From IMG/VR virus record IMGVR_UViG_3300017971_000057: a DNA stretch of 55,962 bases; one strand, given 5' to 3'. The position numbers and the translations under genes were made by a program. Source of the stretch: a virus. The notes beneath the pieces were generated by a model. That model worked only from the letters and a program-made list of their open reading frames with translations, searched no databases and had not been told where the DNA came from. Below, piece by piece: positions 24,279 through 33,284 of this stretch (within the stretch, counting starts at the first letter, position 1; the number at the start of each line of letters is the position of its first letter).

Positions 24279-25631
24279 ATGACAGAGGCAACCAAGGGGA
24301 GCGGTGGTGGAGTGCCAAGAGTGCTCGTCGCCGTGTTGCACACCGGACAAGTGAGGTGGGAGTTATCCGCGTGGCTCAACCACGTGATCGCCACAGAGAA
24401 GCGCGCTGCGGTGATGATCAAGTATTACGGCTGCGACCAGCGCAGCCACCCGGTCAACTCAAACCGCAATCGCATCCTCGTGGACGCGCCGAGAGACATC
24501 GACGCAGTGATGATGATCGACGAGGACACTGTGCCGATTCCAGAGGGGATCGAGGTCGCCTTTATGGCCTGCCCGGAGAGCAAGGGCGGGCTGGGCCTGG
24601 ACGTGGTACTGGCGCCTGTACCGATCCTGCGCGGCGATGACGAGCGCGGGCCGGTGATGGCCAACCTCGTGCCGCTGGGCGCGGAGGGCGGCAGCCACGA
24701 CAATGTGACCATCCCGGTCGGGCTGAACCGCGTGGTCGAGATCAAAGAGGGCGGGACGGGCGTGATCGCCATTGCCCGGCGCGTGATCGACCACCCGATG
24801 ATGAAGGCGCCGTTTCGATTCGAGTACGACGACGACGGCTGTACCATCGTGGGTGAGGACCACTTTTTCTGCCGGCTGGCCAAAGAGGCCGGGTTCAAGG
24901 TCTGCGCCGCGCTGGGCTACGCGATGGGGCACGCCAAGACGGTTGATCTCAAATTGATCTACGAGATGACCAGCCCAGGGCCGCCGCAGAAGCCGACCAT
25001 CGTCGTAACGGGCACCGGGCGCTGTGGGACCGGGTTCGCCGCGCACTGGCTGAGCAGCCTGGGCTTGCGCTGCGGGCACGAGGCGCTTTTCATGTTCAGA
25101 GGCTTGGAGGCGGCGCTAAAACGGGCGGCGATGTTCCGGCAGTTTCACGCCGATTCGAGCTGGATGGCTGCGCCCTACCTGGATCACGAGTTCCTGGAAG
25201 GCGTGCCGATCGTCCACCAGATGCGCCACCCGCGCAAGGTAATTGAGTCGTGGATGCGCAAGAGCACATCCGAGCACACGCCGCGTTACTGGCAGTTTGT
25301 GATCCAGCACGCGCCCGAAGTGGGTGAGCAGGAGCGCGAGATCGACCAGTTCGCCGCCCGCTACGTGCTCTGGACCGAGCTGATCGAGAACAAGTTGAAC
25401 GGGCGCGACTACTACCGCTGGCGCGTGGAGGACGGCGAGGGTGCCTTTCTGGCGTGGCTGGCGGATCGCGGGCTCGTAGACCCAAATCAGATCGATTTCG
25501 GGAACCTGTTCCCGGACAAGTCCTACAACCACAAGGCAGGGGAAGAGGTGCGCGTAGAACTGAGCGACATCAGCGAGCCGTGGCGATCAGAGATCGCAGA
25601 GATCAGCGAGCGATACGGCTATGAGTGGTAG
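24279..25631 (+). CDS. Two-domain protein: N-terminal glycosyltransferase-like, C-terminal sulfotransferase-like
   Basis: DxD-like MMIDEDTVP. The C-terminal half has IVVTGTGRCGTGF (5'-PSB-like loop) and VHQMRHPRKVIESW (3'-PB-like RxPxxxxxS). Confidence 0.5.
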   Translation: MTEATKGSGGGVPRVLVAVLHTGQVRWELSAWLNHVIATEKRAAVMIKYYGCDQRSHPVNSNRNRILVDAPRDIDAVMMIDEDTVPIPEGIEVAFMACPESKGGLGLDVVLAPVPILRGDDERGPVMANLVPLGAEGGSHDNVTIPVGLNRVVEIKEGGTGVIAIARRVIDHPMMKAPFRFEYDDDGCTIVGEDHFFCRLAKEAGFKVCAALGYAMGHAKTVDLKLIYEMTSPGPPQKPTIVVTGTGRCGTGFAAHWLSSLGLRCGHEALFMFRGLEAALKRAAMFRQFHADSSWMAAPYLDHEFLEGVPIVHQMRHPRKVIESWMRKSTSEHTPRYWQFVIQHAPEVGEQEREIDQFAARYVLWTELIENKLNGRDYYRWRVEDGEGAFLAWLADRGLVDPNQIDFGNLFPDKSYNHKAGEEVRVELSDISEPWRSEIAEISERYGYEW

Positions 25632-25641
25632 AGGCGGATAG

Positions 25642-26301
25642 ATGGTGTGTGATAGCTCAATTGTGCCGGATGCGTGGTCGTGGGCCACGTTCTGGTGCGT
25701 GGACAATCTCATAGCGGGCACGCACGATGGAGCGGGGCCAGGTGATGCGGCGCTACAGGACAATGACGCGCACTTTCTGACGAAAGGCGTCCAGGCTAAC
25801 GTGGGGATGGTGCTCTACAACCTGACAGATAGCACCAGCGGCCCGGTGACTGCCGTCACAGAGACGACGATCACGGCAACGGGCGTCACGTGGGACAATG
25901 GCGATTCCTACCGCATCACGCTTATCACCGGGATGCAGATCGCCAATATCGAGCACTGGCTGGACGTGGCAGCAACAGACATCCATGCAGCATTGGCATC
26001 GGTTGGGGCCTGCGACTGCACCCTGGCAAGCTGGGCGACCTCGTACCTGGAAAAGCTGGTCATTATTGACGCGGCATCGTACTATTCGTGTCCCTGCGGC
26101 AACCCACACTTGAGCGATGCGCGCAAGGACACGCTGCTCCAGTGGATGGGCACGCAGCTCACGAACATTGCCACGGGCGTGATTGACGTGTGCGATGGCG
26201 CAACCGGGGCCAATTTCCCGGCGATGGGCTGGGCACAGCAGGGGCAGGACGCATTCAGCCGGGCGATGATCATCTATAACGATATTCTGAGGAACAGCTA
26301 G
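25642..26301 (+). CDS. Hypothetical head-tail connector region protein
   Basis: ORF track; position. Confidence 0.45.
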   Translation: MVCDSSIVPDAWSWATFWCVDNLIAGTHDGAGPGDAALQDNDAHFLTKGVQANVGMVLYNLTDSTSGPVTAVTETTITATGVTWDNGDSYRITLITGMQIANIEHWLDVAATDIHAALASVGACDCTLASWATSYLEKLVIIDAASYYSCPCGNPHLSDARKDTLLQWMGTQLTNIATGVIDVCDGATGANFPAMGWAQQGQDAFSRAMIIYNDILRNS

Positions 26302-26487
26302 ATGGCCGAACCGCTAATCATGGTCGTACAACCGAGATGGCTGGCGCGCTCTCTGTGCCGGAAGGGGATCGTCTACTGGGCGCTTCTCCTGGCGGCAGCC
26401 TGCCCCGACTGGCTCTATGGCCGCTGCCTGGGCTGGCTGGTCGAGCACGGCTACCGCTTTTACGTCGCAGAGAAGGCGGACCACTAG
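26302..26487 (+). CDS. Hypothetical small protein
   Basis: ORF track. Confidence 0.4.
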   Translation: MAEPLIMVVQPRWLARSLCRKGIVYWALLLAAACPDWLYGRCLGWLVEHGYRFYVAEKADH

Positions 26488-26523
26488 GTGTCTTGAGGCG
26501 GCGGAGGACGGGCGCGACGTGTC

Positions 26524-26760
26524 GTGCCACAAGAACCGGACGGCCCGCCCCCACCGTGGCCGGGCGAGTTTGGCTGGCTGCGCGTGGCCTACACCGGCAA
26601 GGCGCCGGGTGTGCGTCCCTGGCGCGGGCAGGTGACTGGCCTGGTGTATTGGTTCGGGCAAGACCGAACGACAGGCTACGTAGACGCGCGGGATGGCGTC
26701 AAGTTCCTGACGCCGAGACGGACGAATGGCGCAACGGCAGTGTTTAGGGTGATGGAATGA
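26524..26760 (+). CDS. Hypothetical small protein
   Basis: ORF track (GTG start). Confidence 0.45.
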   Translation: MPQEPDGPPPPWPGEFGWLRVAYTGKAPGVRPWRGQVTGLVYWFGQDRTTGYVDARDGVKFLTPRRTNGATAVFRVME

Positions 26761-27251
26761 GGATTGGAGCCAAGCGAATTGGAAAGGGCAAGGTCGCAGA
26801 TTGGGCTAAACGAGCGAAAGCTGAACTCAAAGACGCCCAAAAAGAGGCTGCAATAGACCTGATCGAAGAGTATGACAAGGTGGTAGCTGACTGGGATCAC
26901 CAGCCGAAGTTTGTCGCTAAGGTGCGAAGGTTCACGATTGGAATTGAGGCGCAAGGCCCCAACGAGAATATCTGGCGCTACGGCAGAGGCACGAAACCGC
27001 ACAAGATACGCGCAAAGAATGCAAAAGCGCTCTCGTTTGTGTGGGGCGGCCCAAGAAGCTATCAGCCAAAAACCAAGCCCATTGGCAAGTTCGGCGGCCC
27101 CGGAACTGTATCGGACGGGGAACGAGTCGCATTTAAAGAGGTGGATCATCCCGGTACCAAGGCTCGCCGTTTTGGATTGGCGATTACGATCAAATATGTG
27201 CCCAAATTCGCCAAGCGAATCGGGCAAGGCATAGGCAGGATATTCAAATGA
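26757..27251 (+). CDS. Head-tail joining / tail-completion-like protein (HK97 gp10-like by position and size)
   Basis: ORF track; ATGA coupling; basic 164-aa protein. Confidence 0.45.
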   Translation: MRIGAKRIGKGKVADWAKRAKAELKDAQKEAAIDLIEEYDKVVADWDHQPKFVAKVRRFTIGIEAQGPNENIWRYGRGTKPHKIRAKNAKALSFVWGGPRSYQPKTKPIGKFGGPGTVSDGERVAFKEVDHPGTKARRFGLAITIKYVPKFAKRIGQGIGRIFK

Positions 27252-27664
27252 CAGAAGAATTGAACGAGCAAACCGGATCGACCCATCCAGAACCGGGTCC
27301 GACGCCAGAACCAGAGCGCATCCTGGTGCGCGTGATCGAGGAACAGGGCAAGAGCGCGCTGGTGCAGACCGACGACTTTCGGCGCTACTACGCGCCCACG
27401 GCCAAGATCGAGGACGGCACGATCGCACAAGGCGACCTGGACCAATGCCCCTACTACGGCATCCAGTGGGAAGCGTACCTGGGAATGGACAGCATCACGA
27501 CTGAGACATTGGCCTCTATGCTCCGCCAAGCGGGCATCTACACGCTGGACGATCTCCGTGACCGAGATCGCCAGCTCATACGGATCGGAACCAATCTAAT
27601 CGGACGGGTGGTGCGTGACGCGGCCCGGCGGGCCGCAGAGGCAAAACCCCCAAGGAGTAAATAG
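27248..27664 (+). CDS. Hypothetical protein
   Basis: ORF track. Confidence 0.5.
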   Translation: MTEELNEQTGSTHPEPGPTPEPERILVRVIEEQGKSALVQTDDFRRYYAPTAKIEDGTIAQGDLDQCPYYGIQWEAYLGMDSITTETLASMLRQAGIYTLDDLRDRDRQLIRIGTNLIGRVVRDAARRAAEAKPPRSK

Positions 27665-27667
27665 GCA

Positions 27668-29230
27668 ATGCCTAACGACAACTACTTTGACAACTTCAAC
27701 GGGGTGATCTGGGTACAACCCGGTGGCCCCAACACGATCAGCTACCCGCTTCTCTGCTCAGACATCGACGGAATCGACGAGCCGCAAGGCGACGTAACGA
27801 GCCGGTTTTGCCAAGACGCGGCAGGCAACTGGGTCACGGTCAACCGCACGCAGGGCACGCCCAGCGCGGCCACGGGGGACGTGATGAGCTGGCGTAAGAA
27901 ATCTCGCGCGTGGCTGGCCAAGGTGGCAAAGGAACGCTGCCCGGTGGGTGTCTATGTGCACCATTTCCACTGTGGCAGGGCCGACACATTCCTCAACTAC
28001 GAATCGGGCCAGCTTCTTGCCAACTCGTTCGTGACGAGCAAGAGCAGCGCGCAGAACGTGCGCAGGCGAGCAAATGAGGGCGAAGGCGCAGAGAAGAACG
28101 AACAGACGTTTAGCCTCAGCGCCCAGCCGCTTCCAGAGGAATACTGGCCTCTGGTCGGCACGGTGACGGATGCGCAGGACTCGGACAACCCGCTGCGGGA
28201 TATCGTGACGTGCACCACGCCGCAATGCCTGGGTCCGTGTGGCTCCAAAGAGGGCGCGTGCAAGTACCTCCAGGTCGGCGAGGATGCGACCAGTGCAGGC
28301 GCGACGGCCAACACGTACTACAGCGATGACTACGCCGCAACCTGGACCACTGGCGCGGCAGATCCGTTTGCGGCCGGCGAAGCCGTCGCATCGCTGGTAT
28401 GCTTTTCCATCGATTCGACGACCGAGCGCCTGATCGCTGCCCGTGGCACGACAGACGGCGCCAACCCCGCCGAGATTGCCTACTCGGACGACGGCGGTGC
28501 CACCTGGACGACCGTCAACGTGGGCAGCACGAACGGCGAGTATGCGCTGCACTCGGGTGCGCTGTTTGCACTGGACGAGCGCCATATCTGGTTTTGCACG
28601 GATCAGGCCAACGTCTATTTTTCGTCTGACGGCGGCGCGTCCTGGACGGCGCAGAGCGTGCCCGACGCGGGCGCAAGCGAAGGGTTGTATTATGTTCACT
28701 TTGCCGACGCCAATTATGGCTGGGCGGTGGGCGGGCAACCCGCAACCAGTGGGCACTTTATCCAGACGACCGACGGCGGCGCACACTGGGCGCTGGCGAC
28801 GGCGGAGCCAGAGGCACAAGAGGGCATCTGGGTCTCGGTCATCGACTCCAACCGCGTTTGGGTCGGCACGGACGACGGGATCAACGTCTGGTACACCAAC
28901 GACTGGGGCGCGACGTGGACCGAGCGCAACTTGCCCAGCGCGCCGACCGAGACCGGGGACGGGCGATTCATTGACGAATACTGCGGATTTATCGGTGGCT
29001 ACCGCGTGGTGAGCACGCACAAATACCCGGCAATCTACCGCACGTTTGACGGCGGCTACGAGTGGGAGGTCTACACGCACACCACCTCGTTCTCTACGAC
29101 GCCGACCTACTACGGCATCAACGCGATCCAGGTGTGCGGCTACAACAAGGTACACGGCGTCGGCGAGCAGTTGACCGGCGGGCATAGCATCGTATGGACG
29201 CTCAAGCCGGCGGGCGAGACCTGGGACTAG
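27668..29230 (+). CDS. BNR/Asp-box repeat beta-propeller-like protein in the major-tail-protein position
   Basis: Repeated SxDxGxTW: YSDDGGATWT, SSDGGASWT, TTDGGAHWA, TNDWGATWT, TFDGGYEWE. Confidence 0.7.
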   Translation: MPNDNYFDNFNGVIWVQPGGPNTISYPLLCSDIDGIDEPQGDVTSRFCQDAAGNWVTVNRTQGTPSAATGDVMSWRKKSRAWLAKVAKERCPVGVYVHHFHCGRADTFLNYESGQLLANSFVTSKSSAQNVRRRANEGEGAEKNEQTFSLSAQPLPEEYWPLVGTVTDAQDSDNPLRDIVTCTTPQCLGPCGSKEGACKYLQVGEDATSAGATANTYYSDDYAATWTTGAADPFAAGEAVASLVCFSIDSTTERLIAARGTTDGANPAEIAYSDDGGATWTTVNVGSTNGEYALHSGALFALDERHIWFCTDQANVYFSSDGGASWTAQSVPDAGASEGLYYVHFADANYGWAVGGQPATSGHFIQTTDGGAHWALATAEPEAQEGIWVSVIDSNRVWVGTDDGINVWYTNDWGATWTERNLPSAPTETGDGRFIDEYCGFIGGYRVVSTHKYPAIYRTFDGGYEWEVYTHTTSFSTTPTYYGINAIQVCGYNKVHGVGEQLTGGHSIVWTLKPAGETWD

Positions 29231-29280
29231 GGTAACGCGGACACAAACTAGGGGAGCAAAAACGGGTGTCCGTTATGGAG

Positions 29281-29328
29281 ACAGCCGGGCTAGTGGGGCG
29301 CTCCCCTCCCTGCTAACTCGGCTGTTTC
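29281..29328 (+). terminator. Hairpin (ACAGCCG...CGGCTGT) plus TT after the abundant tail gene; weak terminator/attenuator candidate
   Basis: 7-bp stem read directly, preceded by a second hairpin CGGACAC/GTGTCCG at 29238-29272. The T tract is short. Confidence 0.3.
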
Positions 29329-29344
29329 CACGAAAAGGGGAGCA

Positions 29345-29632
29345 ATGAACAAAGTACGCATTGGCGCGATCTACTACCAGGTTGAGTACGTGCCCAACTT
29401 GAGGGACGGGGACGAACCGATAGACGGGCAGCTTGCACACGATGAATCCGCGATCAAGCTAGAGTCAACTTTGAGCCCGGCGGCGCAAAGGGCGACACTG
29501 TGGCACGAGGTGATGCACGCCATCTTGGTACACGCCGGATATGAGCGACACGACGAGGGGCAGCTTGCCGCCCTATCCTACGGCATTATGCAGGTGCTTG
29601 TAGACAACCCAGAACTGAGGGGTGAGCAATGA
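29345..29632 (+). CDS. Small HExxH protein (95 aa, ImmA/IrrE-like metallopeptidase motif)
   Basis: ATLWHEVMHAILVHAG. Confidence 0.5.
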   Translation: MNKVRIGAIYYQVEYVPNLRDGDEPIDGQLAHDESAIKLESTLSPAAQRATLWHEVMHAILVHAGYERHDEGQLAALSYGIMQVLVDNPELRGEQ

Positions 29633-30288
29633 GCACACTGTACGAAGTCGAGAGCGACGGGACTGTCGTCGTGACGACCGCCTCCGGTTGGCAGGTGGAA
29701 TGCCAACCCGTGGCGGACCTGCTGCTGAGGGCCGGGCAGACGCTAGCCGAGCCGGACGCGCCCGAACCGCCGACCTACACCGTGATGGGCGCGGGCGGAG
29801 AGACGGAAGAACGGACCTATGACCAGAAGGCCGCCGACGATCCAACGACGCCCGCAGCGGACCGGGAAAAGTGGTGCGCTTACCTGGAGGCCAAGGCCGC
29901 CTACGACGCCGAGATGGCCGCGATTGCCGCCAAGCGCAACGAGATGCGCGGGCGCTTTATGGCCCTCCGTGGCGTCCGGGTGCGCGGCCTGCCTGCCGAC
30001 CTGGAAACGTGGGCCGCCGAACAGCGCGCGCTCTTTGGATTCGAGATCGAGGACGGCGACTTGCCCCACGCCGCGGCGCTCCGCCTGTCGTTCATCGACA
30101 ACGAGGTGATCCGCACGCAGGCGGACGGCGCAAGGGTGACGGCGGGCATTATGCGTGCCAGTGGCCTGGCACAGGAGGCACTCGATTCCGTCGAGGCCAC
30201 GTTTCTCGATTCACTGGGACTCCGAGACGGGGCCGACGCTCAAGGAGATTCGAGCGTTCCTGGCGCGCAGGGACCGGCGCAAGGCTGA
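29629..30288 (+). CDS. Tail assembly chaperone candidate (gpG-like position)
   Basis: One of the two ORFs immediately upstream of the tape measure gene. Confidence 0.45.
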   Translation: MSTLYEVESDGTVVVTTASGWQVECQPVADLLLRAGQTLAEPDAPEPPTYTVMGAGGETEERTYDQKAADDPTTPAADREKWCAYLEAKAAYDAEMAAIAAKRNEMRGRFMALRGVRVRGLPADLETWAAEQRALFGFEIEDGDLPHAAALRLSFIDNEVIRTQADGARVTAGIMRASGLAQEALDSVEATFLDSLGLRDGADAQGDSSVPGAQGPAQG

Positions 30289-30460
30289 GCCGGGTTGGCT
30301 GCTGGGGCCGCTGGCCGTCGAGATGGACGCGATGGTCACGACCGGGATGGCGGATGTGTGGGACGAGTTGAGCGTGCAGCGCAAGACTGAATTGATGGCC
30401 TGGGTGCGGGCGACCAACACGATGCGCGCCTGGGAACAGTACCAGGCGGAACGAGACTAG
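30155..30460 (+). CDS. Overlapping +1-frame ORF, candidate frameshift extension of the chaperone (gpT-like)
   Basis: 134-nt overlap. The N-terminal part of this frame is junk-like. It becomes protein-like from ...TLKEIRAFLARRD. Confidence 0.35.
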   Translation: MPVAWHRRHSIPSRPRFSIHWDSETGPTLKEIRAFLARRDRRKAEPGWLLGPLAVEMDAMVTTGMADVWDELSVQRKTELMAWVRATNTMRAWEQYQAERD

Positions 30461-30467
30461 AATAGCA

Positions 30468-33284
30468 ATGCAAAAAGAAGGCGTAATCCTCGCCGTCGAG
30501 GGCGCAAGCCAATTCATTACGCAAATGAAGGCCGCTGGACAAGCGGTTGACGGATTTGGAAAGGCGGTCGGGGGAAGCGCAAACGCAGCAAAGCTCCAAA
30601 CCTGGGGTGCTTCTCTCGCGACAGTTGGCAGCGCACTCCAAAATCTAACGGGATTGGGCGGCGGAATTGCCCAATTGGGCGGCAAAATGGGCAGCCTCGG
30701 GCAACTCGCCGGGGTTGCGACCAAATATCTAGGTGCTGCTGGCCCAGCCATTGCGGGCGTGGGCGTGGCGGCAGCCGGATCAATCGCGGCTTTGGGTGGG
30801 GCTGCGGTAGGCGTCGCGGCGTTGGGCAAGAAAATGGCCGAGCTCGCACAACAGACCGCGCCAATCCAGGGCTTAGACTTCCAGTTCCGCACGCTGACCC
30901 AAGAGATCGAGGGTGGCAGCGGGGCCATGCTCAGCGCGTTACAACGCTCTTCCAGCGGGATGATTGCCAACCGCGACTTGATGCGCTCCTACAACGACGC
31001 GGCGGCCCTCGTCAATCGACAGTTTGCCGAGCGCTTGCCGGAAGCGCTGGGCCTGCTGGGCAAGGTATCGGCGGCAACCGGCACCGATATGAATTACCTG
31101 CTAAATAGCCTCGTCACCGGCGTGGGGCGTGTGTCCCCGATGATCCTGGATAATCTCAAAATCCAGGTCGGCGTAGCAGAGGCGACCGCTAAGGCGTCTG
31201 AGATGTTCGGCAAAGAGGCCGACCAACTGACCAAGGTTGAACAGCAAACCGCACTCACCGAGCTGGCCCTGGCCAAGCTCGAAGAAAAGTTTGGTGCATT
31301 GCCGGACATCAGCGAGACGGCAGGCGCTCAGATGGCAATGCTACAAGCTAATTTCCAGAACATCAAGGACACGCTGGGCCAGTTCCTCCTACCTGCGTTC
31401 ACCTCGTTCCTGCAAGGCGTCAACGCGCTGACCGGCGCATTCTCAGCGGCGATCAGCGAGGGCGGCGCATTCTACCCGCTCCTGGTCAACCTGGGCGCGG
31501 TGCTCGCCCTGGTCGGCGATGGATTCAGAGACCTGGCAGATCGAGCCGCGCACTGGCTGGGCAACCTGGACGCCGACTGGACGGCGCGAATGGGCGGGAT
31601 GGCTGCGAGCGCGATCCAATGGGGCGCGGACCTCGTGACCAATTTCGCCGTGGGCATCCTGGACGCGGCGAACACCGTCCTGACCTGGGCGATGAACCAG
31701 ATCGGTAACATCCTGTCCTGGTGGCTTGCACCGGGCAGCCCGCCCAAAGTGGCGCCCGACCTCGACAAGTGGGGCATCGCGGCGTTCGAGTCATTTTTGA
31801 AAGGGATGACCGAGGCGGACTTTGGCGTGCTCGAGTCGGTGCAGGGGCCGCTCAAAAAGGCGCTTGAAGGGCCGGCCTTTGCCGACGTGAGCAAGGCGCT
31901 TTCCGGCGCGCTGGCGGGCGGCGACCGGGCCGGGGCGCTCAACATCCTGGCCAAATCCTCCGAGCAGTTCGGAGACGACATCGCGGAATTGGCGCGGCGC
32001 GAGTTTGCCCTGGCCGATGCGACCGACGCCGTGGCCGTGGCAGAGCAAAAGCTGGCCGACGCACAAGAGCGGGCGGTGCGCACCAATCAGCGAGTGAGCG
32101 CCGAGACCGCCAAGTACAACCAGATGTTGCGCGAGGGGGCCAGCGAGCAGGCGTTACAGGCCCAGCTCGCCCGGATCAACGCCGCCGAGGAAGAGGCCAA
32201 CGTGGCGCGCAAAGAGGTGGGCGCCGCCGAGACGGGCGTGGACGCCGCCAAAGAGCAGGTGGACGCGCTCAAAGAACAAGTCGAGTGGCAGCAGCGATTT
32301 CTACAGCAGCTTTTCGGCATTCAAGACGCGCTGACCGAGCAGGAACGGCGGGGCAGCGGAGCAGGCAAGGGGGCTGTGATTCCGGGTCTACCCGAGGGCG
32401 CGCTTCGACCGGCAGCCGGGGGTATCGGCGGGGCGATTGCCCAGGCGATTGAGGACGCCAAGGGGCGGATCAAGACCAGCCTGGGCGGCATCTGGCAGAC
32501 CATCAAAGAAGAGTTTTCCGACAAGTGGGACGCCGCCATCGCAAAACTAGGTGGGACCTGGACCGAGTTCAAGGACACGGTCGGCGAGGCGTGGGACACG
32601 CTCAAGGAAAAGTACCCGTTCTTGCAAAATGTAGAGGATTGGCTCGTTGACAACATTCCGGTAGTCAAACAGATGATTGTCGAGGCGTGGGACCCGCTGA
32701 CAGAATCGCTTGGGGGTCTCTACAGCGAAATCAGTGACAACCTGCTCGGCGTACTGACCGGAGACCAAAGCCTGCTTGAGGCATTCCAGAACGTGCGAGA
32801 CTACATCAAGGACACGTTCATACCCGAGATTTTAGGTGAGGATGGACTAGGCCCAATCTTGCAGTGGTTCAAGGACGAGGTGATCGACCCGCTGGCAACG
32901 GGCATTGACACGATGTACCAAGCGCTCAAAAACTCGGACACATGGCTGGGCAATTTGATCAAGCGAATCGAGGGGATGGGGCCGGGATTCTGGGACAAGA
33001 TCAAGTTCCTGGTCGGCCAATCGCCCTCCCCGCTGGCCATTGGCATCCAGACCGCCGCCGATGCAATGGAGCGAATGGCGCGGGTGAGTATTCCGCAGCT
33101 CCAGGGCGCGATGACGTTTCAGCCGGCAGGGATGGGGTCCTCTTTCCGGCCGGCGGGGAGCGTGACCAACCAGACGGCAAACTCGTTCAGCTTTGACACG
33201 ACGGTGAACAGCGGCATAGACGCGGTGGCATTCGAGGCGATGATCTTGCGCACGGTGCGCAGGGCGCTGGCAGGAGCGGCATAG
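30468..33284 (+). CDS. Tail tape measure protein (938 aa)
   Basis: Gly/Ala-rich hydrophobic N-region, long coiled-coil-like Ala/Glu/Gln-rich stretch, size and position. Confidence 0.85.
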   Translation: MQKEGVILAVEGASQFITQMKAAGQAVDGFGKAVGGSANAAKLQTWGASLATVGSALQNLTGLGGGIAQLGGKMGSLGQLAGVATKYLGAAGPAIAGVGVAAAGSIAALGGAAVGVAALGKKMAELAQQTAPIQGLDFQFRTLTQEIEGGSGAMLSALQRSSSGMIANRDLMRSYNDAAALVNRQFAERLPEALGLLGKVSAATGTDMNYLLNSLVTGVGRVSPMILDNLKIQVGVAEATAKASEMFGKEADQLTKVEQQTALTELALAKLEEKFGALPDISETAGAQMAMLQANFQNIKDTLGQFLLPAFTSFLQGVNALTGAFSAAISEGGAFYPLLVNLGAVLALVGDGFRDLADRAAHWLGNLDADWTARMGGMAASAIQWGADLVTNFAVGILDAANTVLTWAMNQIGNILSWWLAPGSPPKVAPDLDKWGIAAFESFLKGMTEADFGVLESVQGPLKKALEGPAFADVSKALSGALAGGDRAGALNILAKSSEQFGDDIAELARREFALADATDAVAVAEQKLADAQERAVRTNQRVSAETAKYNQMLREGASEQALQAQLARINAAEEEANVARKEVGAAETGVDAAKEQVDALKEQVEWQQRFLQQLFGIQDALTEQERRGSGAGKGAVIPGLPEGALRPAAGGIGGAIAQAIEDAKGRIKTSLGGIWQTIKEEFSDKWDAAIAKLGGTWTEFKDTVGEAWDTLKEKYPFLQNVEDWLVDNIPVVKQMIVEAWDPLTESLGGLYSEISDNLLGVLTGDQSLLEAFQNVRDYIKDTFIPEILGEDGLGPILQWFKDEVIDPLATGIDTMYQALKNSDTWLGNLIKRIEGMGPGFWDKIKFLVGQSPSPLAIGIQTAADAMERMARVSIPQLQGAMTFQPAGMGSSFRPAGSVTNQTANSFSFDTTVNSGIDAVAFEAMILRTVRRALAGAA

